Below, piece after piece: positions 26,460 through 40,500 of a stretch of 64,000 bases of DNA. Position 1 is the stretch's first letter, and every line of letters starts with the position of its first letter. Under the pieces are notes generated by a model, which was not told the origin of the DNA, did not search any database, and saw only the letters and a program-made list of their open reading frames with translations. The stretch is from Azolla caroliniana (Eukaryota > Plantae > Polypodiophyta). The translations under genes were made by a program, and so were the position numbers. The stretch is from positions 15,934,001 to 15,998,000 of the forward strand of contig JBHGNT010000016.1 in the NCBI GenBank assembly GCA_043228905.1. Direction: 5' to 3'.

Positions 26460-27528
26460 TATAAAAGAATACCTTTGCGGAAGCGTGTGTGAAAGACACA
26501 AAGTACACAGTCCATGTTCGAAAATTCGACAGTTAGGAATACACAGAGAATGGTGAGAGAGAAAGAGACATAGAGAGGAGACAACAAAATTCTATTTCAA
26601 ATAATGAACACTTTGTACATACACCGTGCTTAGTGAGCACTTTTTATACAAGTCCTGACAAGTGAGTTGACACAAGTACCATCAGTACTTGAACGCTCAT
26701 AAATGAGCCTAACACTAATTCTTCCTACAATACTTCTATTTACTATAATAGGAATATAGGCCCTCAACGGCCTTGGAATCCTTCCAACTTGACTCACCCG
26801 ACTCTCGACTCTCGGCTTCTTCAGCCAATTTGGTCCATGTTCAGCTTGTCTCTCAACACTTCCCCTCAAGCTCAACTTGAGGTCCCGCCACGTTAGCTCT
26901 GGCTGTTTCATCACACATGATGTGCAGTAGTACAAAACACTGCGCTTTGCATGTTCCCAAGTCAGGAAATCTGTCTATGTTGATTAGGGTGATGCATCAT
27001 TAGCTCCTTCGACATAACTCCAGTAACCATGACCAAGCAGGTATTGTTGCATCTTGTAAGACTAAGATGCATAGTTGCTCCTGTTGAGCTTTTCGGTCGG
27101 AAGTGAGCTTCCCATTCCTTTGTCCAGGTTCCTGTCTTTCCTTTTCCATAAACGAGAAGCCTAGTCTCTGTCTTGTTCGCTTGCTTTTTTGTTGGCCGTA
27201 GAGAGGTATCAACCTAGTCTCTGATACCATGTAAAAGAATACATTTGCGGAAGCGTTTGTGAAAGACACAGACGGAGTACACAATCGGTGTTCAGAAATT
27301 CGATAGTTAAGTATACACAGAGAATGGTGAGAGAGAGATAGAGAGAGTAGAAAACAAAATTCTATTTCGAATAATGAACACTCTGTACATACATTGTGCT
27401 CAGTTAGCACTTTTTATATAAGCCCTGATGAGTGGGCTGACACAAGTACCATCAGTACTTGAATACTCATATATGAGCCTGGCAATAATTCTGCCTACAA
27501 TAATTCTATTTACTATAATAGGAATATA
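26460..27528 (-). mobile_element. TRIM-like internally deleted Copia (5' LTR truncated); copy of the insertion at 58652-59879
   Basis: 3' LTR 26460-26858, PPT, ~370-bp internal region holding only the gag N-terminus, PBS at 27219-27229, 5' LTR from 27230 cut at ~27528. Left flank AAAGG matches the paralogue. Confidence 0.85.
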
Positions 27529-28775
27529 ATACCCGACGAGCAGACATGACAAGTTCCACCTTGACCGGACTACACCTCCGAATGGAAGTTGAAACCTACA
27601 CTTCTGAATGAATCAAGCCGAATGAAAACCAAACAAGAAGCTACCACATCAAATCCTACCCGAGACCACGAAGGTTGGTTAACCCTTGGAGCGTTGCCTA
27701 ACATCAACTTCCCCCCAAGCCCCTCTACTAATTTGCCCCTTAACACATCCCCACACCGTGAAAGCACTGTTAGCAATCGATCAAATTTAGAACGACACAT
27801 TCAAGACAGGGTCCAAGAAATACGAGCTTATTTGCCCACGTGCACACCGCACTACCCACACCCCTACTGACAAAACACAGCCCTACTACATCCTGACCCT
27901 CTGTCATGACTGACTTGAATGGATACGTGTTGGTTGCCCCTCCCACACATTGACCCCAAATTGCCTCTAGATACCCCCAAGCCAAGACTCATTGTTTTTC
28001 ACGCTCATGTTAGCATTTTCCTCACGAGTGTTTTGCTCACCGCTCTAGCGATTCTGGTCTCTCTCTATTTATCCTCCCCATATTTTGGTATTTACGTCTT
28101 CGTGTTCTTTATTCTTTTTCTTACTTTTATTTTTACTTTCTCCCCTCATTCTCCCCTTTTCTAATCGACTTTCCCCCTTCTCCTTATCCCTTTCCTAATT
28201 GTATATTTTCTTCCATTCCCCATGTTTTCTGCATTTACTTGGTTTGGTTGCATTTGTTTTTGTTTTTTCTAAATTTTATTCTATTTCTCCTTATTTTCCT
28301 TCACTTTCGCATGTTACCTCATTCTTTGTCTTTCTTTCTTCTTTCTTCGTCTTCTCCCTTGTCATGTTCCCTTTTCTACCCATCTACATCCTTCTCGTCC
28401 TCCACTCTCAGACTCTGTTTGTCTATGCACCCATCCTCGCTTTCCCTCTCCCCTGAGTCCCACAATCTATGTATTCCCCTTCCCTCGATCTCTGTTATCC
28501 CTCCTCCTTGCCCCATTCCTTTCTTTCTCACTCCCCTGTTCTCCTTGTGTTGCCTCCACCGCCCCTGCGTACCCCTCGGCTAGTTCACCGAAACCCTCGA
28601 CAAACCCCCATTAGGTGTGTCGCCTCGTTCCTCACTAATAATCTCAGTGTCTTCATGTTTTTATTGATTATGCAAATCTTGACGGAGTCCACTAGTTTCG
28701 TAAAGCTACTCCACTCATTCCTAGATCCTGGTAGAGAGACAATGTTGTTTAGTGACACCTTTAACAACACTACGT

Positions 28776-31700
28776 TATCGTGTGAATCTTCACATACTAT
28801 GTAAAAAAATAATGAAATAATTATTTTAGATTAGATTTGTAGCTTGTTATAGGGAAAATAGAACTATGATTTATCCCACATAGATAAGAAATTTAAGGCC
28901 TTGGCTATATAAGCACATTGAGATCCCTTATATTTCATTTATGCTAAGTGCACTTTGGCCGTTTTGTCTAGATGGATGAATGTGGCCAAATGCCCAAAAA
29001 CCGATTGGCAATAAAATGGAACTGGCCGGTAAGCAATCTGGAACCGGCCGGAAAGCAAACCAGAAGCTCCGGTAAGCAAACAAGAACCGACCGGTAAGCA
29101 AACCAAAACTGGCCTGTAAGCAATCTGGAATCGGCCGGAAAGCAATCCGGAACCGGTCGATAAACAAACCGGAACTGGTCAGAAAGCAAACTAGAATCGA
29201 CCGTTAAGCAAACTGGAACCGGCCGGTTATCAAATCAAAACCGGCGAAATCGGCAATCGGATGGTGTCGGAAATCGGGCGGATCCGACAATCGGCGACCG
29301 AGCAGAACCGGCGACCGGACGAGGCTAGACGCGGACCGGACAGATTGGATGGGCGGTGATCGAGAAGGAAAAATGATAAGATCATGTCGTTAATTAAAGT
29401 AAAGTAAAGAAAACTAAAGTAAAGGTCATGTGGACGGTCACATGCAACTAAAAGAAAAAGCCATGCAACTAAAAGTAGAGGCCATGCAACTAAAAGTGGA
29501 CATGCAAGTAACATTGAAGGCTATGATCAATGGGGAACTCCAAATAAAAATTCCCTTTTTTTTTGCTACAGTCATCCTCTCTCCATATATATATATATAT
29601 ACTTTTTTTTTTTTTCTTTTCCTTCTTAGCTCTCTTATCTTATCGAAGCCAAAAACCCTGAATTTCCTTACGAAAGTGATACCTCATAATTCCAAATTTT
29701 CCATACGGAAGCTATTGAACTCATAAACCATAATCTCTTATCAAAGCCAAGAAACCCTAATTTTCTATCGAATCCATATCTCAAATTCTTCTAATCTATT
29801 ACTCTAGCAATTTGCATTAGCTAAACTTTTTGTAATCCCAATCTTTGGATTAATTGTAATCTTTCTTTCTATTTGTTAATGAAATTTGTCAATCCTTCTT
29901 ATTTCAGTTAATTCTTAGTACATAAACACACGAATTTGATATCCTCTAGTCAGAGGCCCCGGGGTCCTGCCTCAAGTTCACGTGTCCTCGTCGTATTTTC
30001 GTGACATGTTTGGTGAACCCGACGTGAAACGAGGTGGTAGGAGAATATCAAGTGCGACGATGGCTTCGACAAGTGGAACTCAATGAGAGGAATTAACGAA
30101 AGGCATGGTGTCTGTTGTGGAATACATGCTGAAGGCGAGAGATCGAGAGGCTTTAATCGACAAAGCTGTTGATCGAACGGTGGAGATATCTGGACGATTT
30201 GGTGGCAAGAATATCACGGATTTCCTTGCTACCTATTGGAACAAGAGGTAACAGAGGGATGTGCATGATTTGAAACAAATTTCTAGTTTCAAGCGTGTGG
30301 TGGGACCAGGAATCCGCGAGTGTGTCATAGAGATCCAAAATGAACACGCAACTTGGGCAGAGTTCGAGAAGGCGCTTCTTGTTGAATACATTCTTGAAGA
30401 CGCATCACTGATGACTCGACATACACTGATGATTTGGATCAAGAAGAAAGGAAAGAATCTATGTGCATCGGGAGTATATGCGGAATTCAACTAGAAGTAC
30501 AACCAACTTTCGAGTGTTGATCAACAAGTTCTCGATGGAGATAAAGTTTTGCTATTCCTGAAGGCGGTGGATACAAAAGACCGGCGAGAATTGGGCGGTT
30601 TTTTGGAGGACGAAACGCAACCAAATGGCTTGGTAGCGGACTGGACGGAGGTGAAGAAGGCTTGTAGCCGTCTTGATAAGCGTTGACAATGGCAAGAGGA
30701 AACTGATATGGAGAATCTACAAACATGGAGGAGGAAAGCACCTGCGACGGTCGAGCCTAACAAGCCGATAAACAATTTCGACAAGAAAGCAATGGAGGAC
30801 TCTATAATCGAAGAGCTCTCCAAGAAATTTGAAGCGGTATCGCTGGCCAACTTAAGTCGACGCGGGCCCAAGGGAAAAGAAGCGTATAGATGTGTGTGGT
30901 GTGACAGCTTCGAGCACTCACGAAGGGAATGCGCTGACTTGCAAGACGCGATTCGCAAGAATGTCGTCTATTTGGATGGCAACATGATCCACTCGAACGA
31001 GACCCGGAAGCCACTACAAGTGAACTTCGGAAGAGGCGGGCTGAAAAACATTGTAGAAGAGGAAGATGCAATGCATGTGGAAGCTATGCACTATGCTGCA
31101 TCGACCGGGATATGAGTTGGAAAAGAGAATCTAAAGACGATCAAGCTAGGAGCTGGGTTTTGGCCGACGGTCTTCAAGTGCGAGAAAAAAGGCCAAATTG
31201 ATTCGGATGATCTAAAACATGCTGATCAGAATGTGTGACGAGTTACCGAATGGATAGATTCAGTCGACGAAAACACAAGCTTTGCGGAGGTAGTGTGTGA
31301 CAACTATGAAGCTCTTGTCGAAGAGAAGAGGAAAAGAACCGGTGAAGAAGATGGCATGTCAAAGCGTCCCAACACGAGGAACAAAGGGAAAGAAGGGCAA
31401 CTCCCACCTACGCCACGAAAAGAGGTTGGAGAAACAACCCTAAAGCCTGGTGGATCGAGCCAACCTGCTCGGATGGAAGTCAAAGAATCAATGAAGAAAG
31501 GAAAAGAACGAGCGGCACCGACTTACAAGTTAAGATCAGACATAGAACAAATGACTGACTTGTGGAAGGTCCTTGAGGAGAAGGTTTTAGACAGTCATGT
31601 CGACCTTACTTTGAGAGAACTACTTGGGATCGCGAAGAAGGAGTTCCATGATACTATCGTGAACCTTATTAAAAGGAAGCGGCAACAATCTGATGAAGAG

Positions 31701-34700
31701 GAGGTGAAAACTAGTGCCATAACCATGGAAAGATCGGAAGAGGAGGAAGAAGAAGAAGTGGTGGTGGATAACCATTACTCTCGACCTCATTGGGCAAGAG
31801 TGACAACGGAGACGCCGGTGAAGATCGGGGAGAAGAAAGAAATTGTGGTAGCCTTGATTGGCCATGGCTCGGAGATCAACCTCATGTCGACCGAGTTCTA
31901 CAAGAAAGGAAGATGGACAATTAATACAAACCACAAATGGAAGATTCGAGCGGCGACGAAGGCTACGGAGGACTTGTACGGAGCTTGCCCCAACGTTAAA
32001 GTCACGATCGGGGATGTGGAGATTGATCAACACTTCTTCGTGCAAGACTCGGCTTTGCATCTTGTCATCCTAGGACAACCGTATATAACATCGTCCCGGA
32101 TGGAGACCAAGGTGTTCGATAACGAAGTAGCCTTCGCGCGCGTCAAGAGTCTTGATAGTAAAAGATCTGTTCAATTCCTAACGGTGCGAGCTAATCACGA
32201 AAGGAAGCGAGATATCCTTGGAGGCGAATCCTCGGATTTTTAAAGCGGACTATTGAAGTATGGGGCACGAATAGTCCAAGCAATCATAAGTACCCACAAG
32301 GAAGCAGAGTGCGTGGATTGCAAGGAGAAGCTACATGCGTCACACCTAGCGGCACATGCAAACTAAGACTACTCAACAAGAAGGAAAAGTGTCAGATACA
32401 AGACTTCGAGGAGGTGCTGAAAGAAGAAAGCATAATCGAAAAAGAAGAATCTGTGTCTTATATTCTGGAGGAAGCCTCATTTAACGACACCATCGGCGAA
32501 ATCGAGGAAGTTGTGGACTTGAGCTATCCTCACCATCAACATGTGATTTCGGTTAACTTCATCAACATGTTCGCTATCATCGATGAATATCATCGAGGCA
32601 TCTTGATAGAGGAAGCCAAAGTCAACACAAAATATAAAACCGTGGATAGGAAGGTCAAGCTAGTTGCAGTTCCACTACCGGAAGATAGCTGGCAAAAGAT
32701 GAAGGAGGTTGCAAAAGATCCAAACTTAAGGAACCCAAATACAATTGGTCACGTCTTCACTGAAGAGACGAAGGGAAAGCTATGAGTTGGAAGGGAGGAT
32801 TTCCTCCTTCCTGAAGAGGAGCAAATGTTCCGCGAAATGCTTGAAAGACATGGGAAGGCTTTCACATTTTTCCCACAAGAAATCGGATGTGCTAATCCAA
32901 GGATGGTAGAACCGATGGTGATCTTCACGGTGCCGCATGTGCCTTGGAATTTGAAACCGATACCAGTTCCAAGAGCACACCTACCGAAGCTGATCGAGCT
33001 CTTAAAGGAGAAGGTGAGGATGGGAATTTTGGAACCGTCGAACGCTCTTTATTCTAATAGATGGTTCACGGTACCAAAGAAGAATCGATCGTTGCGATTC
33101 ATTCAAGAGCTTCAACCTATCAACAATGTGACAATTCGGAATGCTGGAATCGGTCCAAATGTGGATGCTACTCCATTGGTGATCTCTACTCTGACTACGA
33201 TCAATTCCAGTTGGCGGTCAACAGTCGTGACATTACAACCATGAGAACTCCTATCAGGTTTTGCGGATGTGTACCTTACCTCAAGGTGCGACAAACTCAG
33301 TGGCTCATATAATGAACACCATGAACAAGGTCTTGAAGGATTGCATCCTGGATATCACGATGCCATTCTTGGATGATATTCTGATAAAAGGATGTTCGGA
33401 TGAAGAGAAGGATGAATCAAAAGATAAGGATGGATGTAGAAAGTTCGTCATGGATCATATGAAAGAGTGCGAGAAGGTGCTCCAAAGGCTCAAAGATGCG
33501 AATTTGACATTTTCGGGAGAAAAATCGGCATTCGGGCAACCAGAGATCTTGGTGGTAGGTCACTTGTGTGGAGCATACGGTCGGAAGCCTTCACCATCCA
33601 AGGTGAATGCAATCCAAGACATGAAAGAAGAATGTGTAACCCAAACGAAGGTTCGAAGGTTCCTTGGAGCATGCGCGTTTTATCATATTTGGATTCCACA
33701 CTACGCCCACATTGCAGAGCCATTATATGGTCTACTAAAGAAGAAGCGGATGTTTGAATGGACGAGCGAGCATACAATCGCCATCCGAAGGCTCAAGAAA
33801 TTATTGATGGAGGCACCTACATTACGGAAAGTGAACTATTCATACGGCAAACCCATTTTTGTGACCGTGGATACTAGTCCAATCAGAATCGGATGGGTTA
33901 TCAACCAAGAAGATGAAGATTGCAACCGATATGCAATTCGGTTTGGCGCGAAAGTGTTAAGTGATAGGCAAAGAAGGTATACCCAAGTGAAGAGGGAGCT
34001 ATGGGGAATCGTCTTGGCAATGAAATCTAATCGTGATTACCTTATTGGAGCAGAAGTCATAATTGAGACAGATTGCCTACCAATTTTGGGTATGATATCT
34101 AGTTGTAATACACCAAATATTGTCATGTTGCGTTGGATTGCATATATCAAATCACTCAACCCAGAGATCCGTCATGTAGCTGCGAAGCGTAATGTCATTG
34201 CAGATATGCTATCACGAGCGAGATACAACGAAAAAGAAGATCAACATTCTAATGAAGAGGATGTTGGCTTGGATTTCTTTACAAGTTCCTACGCTCGGGT
34301 GTTGATGACTTTCATAGAAGAGGATTACGAAGTCGAATTCGTGGAGATCGGGAAATACTTGAGTTCTCTCCAAAAAGATGAGTCATGGTCGATAGAAGAC
34401 TTCCATCGAATTCAAAAGAAGGCATAGAAGTATTTTCTTAAGGATGGAGCTCTTTGGAGGCATGCAAAAAAGAAGAATGGGACTCCAATGAGAGTTGTCT
34501 GCAAGCTAGAAGACCGACAAAAACTACTGTCCGAATTTCATGATAGTGTTTTTGTAGGCCATCGAGGAATATGGGCTACGTTTGCGAAGCTTAAGGAGAA
34601 ATATTGGTGGCCGGGCATCTACAAAGATGTAGCAGCTTAGGTGGAAACATGTAAGGAATGTCAGATGTTTTCGAATATTCGCCATTGAGATGAACTTCAT

Positions 34701-36874
34701 CCGACTTACCCGTTGGCTATGCATTACAAGTGGATGGTGGACATCGTGATGATGCCAATGGGGCGATGGCAGATGAAGTATCTTGTGCTCGCAAGAGAGG
34801 ATCTTACCAATCAAGTTGAAGGGCGAGCATTAAGAACTAAGGAGACATCATCGGTATGCAGATTCCTTCTTGAAGATGTTATTTGCAGATATGGATGAGT
34901 CGGCAAGATAGTGGCTTATAGAGGCGAGCTAGACGCCAATGAAGCTAGAGAATTCTTCTCTAGGATGGGAATCAAATTATCTCTTACCATGGCGTATAAT
35001 CCGGAAGCAAATGGGAAAGTGGAACGTGGCCATGGACCAATTGTGAAGGCTCTAGTGAAAGCTTGCCATGGGAAAATAGGAGAATGGCCACAACTATTGC
35101 CATTTGCACTATGGGCTGATAGGACTACTCACAGCACGGTGACGGTATACATGCCGGCAGAGCTCATATTCGGACAAAAGCCAATAATGCCGATAGAACA
35201 AAGTATTGTTTCATGGTTCGCATTGCCATGGCAAGATGAGATAAGTAGAGAAGATCTTCTAGCATTGAGGATTCCACAGTTGGAGCGGAAGTTGGAAGAT
35301 ATAGATATGGCTAAAGAGCGGCTCAAGAATGCAAGGTTGAAGAACAAGAAAGACTTCGACAAACAACATCGACTTCGTCCGAGGAAAATCGTTGAAGGAG
35401 ATTGGGTGCTGGTCTATGACAATAGCCTAGACAACCAACATAGTACGGCTCAAAAAAATTTCACAACGATGGTTTGGACCATATGTGGTGAAGAAAGTGG
35501 AAGATAATGCAACATATCGTTTAGCAAAACTAGATGGTACACCACTTGCCTTGCCAATTGCTGAGAAAAGAATTAAGATCTTCAAGAGAAGAGATAGAAT
35601 AGAAATTGGATTCCAAGCTTTTGACAATTCTATCTTGAGCATCGACGAAAAAGTATAGTAATCAAATTTAGTGGAGCCTCACCAAAATTGGCACATGTCG
35701 GTGGATGTGCAGGTTTGGTGGGGTTGAATGTCGTATGAATCTTCACACACTATGTAAAAAAATAATGAAATAATTATTTTAGATTAGATTAGTAGCTTGA
35801 TTTATCCCACATAGATAGAAAATTTAAGGCCCTGGCTATATAAGCACATTGAGATCCCTTATTTTTCATTTGTGCTAAGAGCACTTTGGCCACTTTGTCT
35901 AGATGGATGAATGTGGCCAAATTCCCAAAACCGATTGGCAATAAAATTGAACAGGCCGGTAAGCAATCCGGAACCGGTAGGAAAGCAAACCAGAACCGGT
36001 AGGAAAGCAAACCAGAACCGATCAGTAAGCAAACCAGAACCGATAGAAAAGCAAACTGGAACCGGCTGGAAAGCAAACTGGAACCGGCGAAATCAGCAAT
36101 CGGATGGTGTCAGAAACCGCGCGGATCCGACAATCGGCGACTGGGTGGAACCGGTGATCGACGAAACCGGCGACCGGACGAGACTAGACACGGACTAGCC
36201 AGATTGGATGGGCGGCGATCAAGACGGACAGATGATAAGATCATGTTGCTAATTAAAGTAAAGTAAAGAAAACTAAAGTAAAGGTCATGTGGACTGTCAC
36301 ATGCAACTAAAAGAAAAAGCCATGCAACTAAAAATGGATGCAACTAAAAGTAGAGGCCATGCAACTAAAAGTGGACATGCAAGTAACATTGAAGGCTATG
36401 ATCAACGGGGAACTCCAGATAAAATTCCATTTTCTTTTCCTACACTCATCCTCTCTCCATAAATTTTATTTTTTTTATTTTTTTTATTTTCCTTCTTAGC
36501 TCTTATCTTATTGAAGCTAAAAACCCTGAATTTCCTTATCGAAGCAATAACTCATAATTCCAAAATTTCCATCCGGAAGTTATTCAACTCATAAACCATA
36601 ATCTCTTATCAAAGCCAAAAAACCATAATTTTCTATCGAATCCATATCTCAAATTCTTCTAATCTATTACTCTAGCAATCTCCATTAGCTAAAAAAATTG
36701 TAATCCCAATCTTTGGATTAATTGTAATCTTTCTTTCTATTTGTTAATGAAATTTGTCAATCTTTCTTATTTCGGTTAATTCTTAGAACATAAACACACG
36801 AATTTGATATCCTTTGGTCAGAGGCCCCGGGGTACTGCCTCAAGTTCACGTGTCCTCGTCGTATTTTCGCGACA
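28776..36874 (+). mobile_element. Full-length Ty3/Gypsy retrotransposon (non-chromovirus, Phygy/Selgy-like), decayed
   Basis: LTRs 28776-30006 and 35729-36874 (T(G/A)TCG...GACA); 4-bp TSD ACGT; PBS TGGTGAACCCGACGTGA 30011-30027 (complement of plant tRNA-Trp 3' end). Gag CVWCDSFEHSRREC, PR, RT LPQGATNS/FLDD, RNase H, integrase. The lineage name is tentative. Confidence 0.92.
30060..35655 (+). pseudogene. Gypsy gag-PR and RT-RH-INT coding region with stops and frameshifts
   Basis: ORF fragments 30261-32243 (gag, PR) and 32309-35507 (RT, RH, INT) in Gypsy order. Confidence 0.9.
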
Positions 36875-39800
36875 ACGTGCACATATTGAATCGCAACCGC
36901 GACGTCTTTGCAACACTCCCGCGCCTCGCACTTGGGTTCTTACTCGATATCAACCTTTGGGGAGTCCTTCCCGAATTGGTGAACAAATTCCTCACCAACT
37001 ACGATCCACACAGACAACGTCATCATGCAAGCCTTTGAAGACGCCACCCCCTATTGAATTCTAGTTGAAGGTGGTTGATATCTGTGAAACCCTTCATTTA
37101 TCATACAATGAACTCCCTTTTCGTGCAATCAAGTTACCAAGAGTGGTGCCATATATCATCCCCGAAGCTCACATTCATTACAAAGGCCACGAAGGTTGGA
37201 AGTGCACTGAAATCCCTTTGCACCTCCACGACAAATGCAGTGCGATGGCGCAAATAAGGGACACTATAACGAATGAGGTAATCTGTCAACCAGGCATAGG
37301 ATAGTTCATCAAATGGGCTAATGATTGCCAAACAATCCAATGGGATCATGAAGTTTATGTTGGATACAAGTGTATAATGGCCGTATTCACACTGTCCCAC
37401 TCGGACATACTAAGTTTAAGACAATTATGTAAATATGAAACCCCAACCCAACCCACACCCCAACAACTACAACCAATGGTCTCCGTTGGCGGCGGTCACC
37501 CACGATCATGTCCCGCCGCCCACCCTGACCCCCCTTATTAACTTCGCCACCTTGGACTTATCGGTTTCGAAAACTCCATCCGAGGACCCAATGTTTGACG
37601 AGTTTTCACTAGTTGAAGAATTAAACAATACTCGATGAGTCCCCCCTCGACGAGCTTTCCACCAATACTCGATGAGTCCCAACTCATTGAGCTTTTCTTT
37701 CACCTTGGATGAGTCCCCCCTTGTCGAGCTTTCCCCAATACTCCACGAGTCCATGAGTGCCAAATTGTCGAGCGTTCACCGACACTCAACGAGTTTTCAC
37801 TTGTCGAGTGCTCCCTATCACTCATCGAATCCTCACTTGTCGAGCATTCTACAATTATTCGACGAGTCCCCTACTTGTCAAGCTTCCCCATAACCCTCGA
37901 CGAGTTCTCAATCATTGAATTTTCCTCGACCACACGATTCACCCAAACCCTCGTTGCCACTCCATTTTGCATGGGTGTGTAAGGAACAATCTTTTGATGC
38001 CGGATCCCTTTGTCAGACGGATACTGTTTGAAGGCTCTAGAGGTGTACTCTCCTCCTTTGTTCGATCGGGGTGTCTTCACTCTATATCCGGATCGGTTCT
38101 CCACTTCAATTATCCATCGAGTGAGGACCTCGAGTGCTTCGTCTTTGGACCCAATGGGGTAGGCCCAGACCTTTCGTGTACAATCATCTACAAATGTAAT
38201 GAAAGTACAGGGAGCTTCCTAGTGATCACTCTAGCATAGGTCCACATATATCTATGTGCACGAGCTCTAGGGGCTATCGTACCATCTCGTAGTGGAGAGA
38301 ATGCGGACTTCAGGTTTGTTTCCCATATCAACCGATCAAGTTCGGCTTGAGACATATGACAGAGTCGGCCATGCCATAGGTTTGGGTTGGTCTTCTCGAC
38401 TACATTCACGGCTCCTTCAAGGTTGATCATCATTAATGGGTACAAGTTGTTGTACTTGTACCCCCTCCCAATTTTGAGGTTTCCTTGGCTGATCACCCAT
38501 GTTGACTCATTTAGAGTCGTATAGTACCCGACTTCGGCTAGCATACCGATGGAGACCAAACTCCTTTCTAGATCAGGTACGTGCCGGACTTGGTGCAGGG
38601 TTATTGTTGTCATTTGGCAATCTAATGGGAACCTCTCCGGTTCCGACTATTTTGCACTCCTGCCCGTTTCCCATCCGGACTATGCCGCTAGTGTCCGCCA
38701 AATAGTTTGAGAACCATTCAATGATGGGGTTCACGTGAAATGTGGCACCGGAATCCAGTAACCACATGTGTGCATCTTGTGCACTGTAGAGGACTTCTCC
38801 GATCATTGACTCCTCTAAGGAGAGGATTTCTCCAGATCGGGTGTCAGTAATGTTAACTTTGTTGCTGATTAGAGAGTGGTTCGAGTCGGGTCCTCCTCAA
38901 TTCTCTTTCGTCTTGATCGACTAGTACTCGGAAACATTGTGGCCCACTTTTCTGCAATTTGTGTAGAATTCGCTTGATCGGCATGTTCTAGACTTCGACC
39001 GCTATCATTCTCCCCTTGTTTTCGTTCGACTATAATGTCGACTTGGCCACTCGATCGACTCTGTTATTGATGGGCTTCTGCTGACTCATCGATGGTGAGT
39101 CCTTGGTGAGGACTTGGCTGATCGTTTCATCCAGATTCAGGATTGGTCGGCTATTGGTGTATGTCGTGCAGAATACCTCCCAACTCGCCGGAAAGCTCAA
39201 TCAGAGGGCAAGGGCTTTAACTTCTTCTTTGAAGTTCATCCTTTGTGAGGAGAGTTCTGACAACTCCCAGTTGAAGGTGTTGATGTAGGAGGTAGCCGGA
39301 TCGGTCTTTCTTATCTTCATGTTGAAAAGCTGTTTGATCAAAATCAGTTTCAAAAATGATAATTTCTTCTTGTACACTGCTTGTAGCTTCTCCCACAATG
39401 AGAACGTTGTCGTCTCTTTCGCCATGCTGAAGTAGACGTTTTCGGTTAGGTGCATTCGGATGGTGGAGAGATTTCGTCCATTGATCTCTACTCATCGGCT
39501 AACATTGAAACAAGCTTTTCGCTATGTCGAATAGCTTCAAGCTATCATTGAATAATCAACACATCCTACATCATCTCCTTCCATAGGGCAAAGTTTTAGG
39601 CGTCGAATTGTCGGATCTCAACTCCTCTACCGAATGCTGATGCCATGATTCTTTCGAAAGTGAGATTTACTAACCTTGTCTTTTCTTTCAGCCTCTTCTG
39701 CTGTCTGTTGCCGCCGAGGAGCAAGTCACTCTGATATCAGTTGAAGGAAAGATGTTAGCGGAAACATGTGAGGACCTGTGTTCGCATATTTAGAAAACAA

Positions 39801-40198
39801 CACAGAAAGGGGGAAGCAGAGATATACACAGAACGAAGCTTTAATGGAAGCTCTATTACATTCTCTCTCTTTCTCTCAGAGATACAACATACAATATGAT
39901 CAAGAGGATTACCCTTTACAACGTTAGGTTATTGCTTATATACTAAGCCCTAACTATGCGGACGAATTCACACTCGGGCGGATACAAGTTGGAAGGAGTC
40001 GGCCTTTTATGCCAACAAGTTTCTCCACCACATACTTTCTTACCATTTGATTTGATGATGCAACATTGATTTGATTTCCACCAAAGTCCAATTGGTTTTT
40101 CCATATCGGTTGTCGACGACATCTTGTATAGATTGTCCGAATCAATCTAATGTGATGTGTTTATTCATAGATTACTTATCTAACATGATGAATGTCTC

Positions 40199-40500
40199 TC
40201 TGATACTATGTGAGAAATTAAAGAGAGAGAGAAGAGAGAGACAAAGAGAGGGATAGAGAGAGAGAGAGAGAGAGAGCAAAAATTTCTGTGTTGTATTAAT
40301 CAAAAGTATGTAGATACATCACGTTCAATATGTATACAAGAGATTACCAAAAGGTACACCTCTTCCACTAAAACTAAAACGAAGGGCTACATTGACGGGC
40401 ACCATTTTTAGCTATAGGTATCTCTGCTTATATTGAGTAGTCAACCTGTTATGCTAAGTAACTAATCTCATTTTCTTGTACTTGTTCGGAGGGAGATTTC
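40199..40500 (-). mobile_element. Remnant of another Copia PBS and 5' LTR
   Basis: TCTGATACTA followed by TGTGAG and a (GA)n-rich LTR-like sequence; no partner LTR found. Confidence 0.35.

Larger units (their letters stand above)
28669..37410 (+). pseudogene. Antisense accessory ORF of a retroelement, split by the Gypsy insertion
   Basis: MQILTESTSFVKLLH..NNT joins across TSD ACGT to HILNRNRDVF..LWGVLPELVNKFLTNYD..VVDICETLHL..GHEGWKC..IQWDHEVY, with stops and frameshifts. Resembles plant transposon-associated (PMD-like) ORFs. Confidence 0.45.
27529..40185 (-). mobile_element. Decayed Copia-derived element (gag, PR, partial INT; RT/RH missing) with a long 3' region, interrupted by a Gypsy
   Basis: Putative 5' LTR 39742-40185; degenerate PBS 39728-39739; gag ~39650-38900; WLLDSGATFH; integrase ending abruptly at TPMQNGVA (~37955). 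No 3' LTR found, so the left boundary is uncertain. Confidence 0.55.

Noticed and set aside
27919-28583. Phe/Leu-rich putative membrane-protein ORFs (also 57052-57781)
   Set aside because: Products of pyrimidine-rich tracts and tandem repeats.
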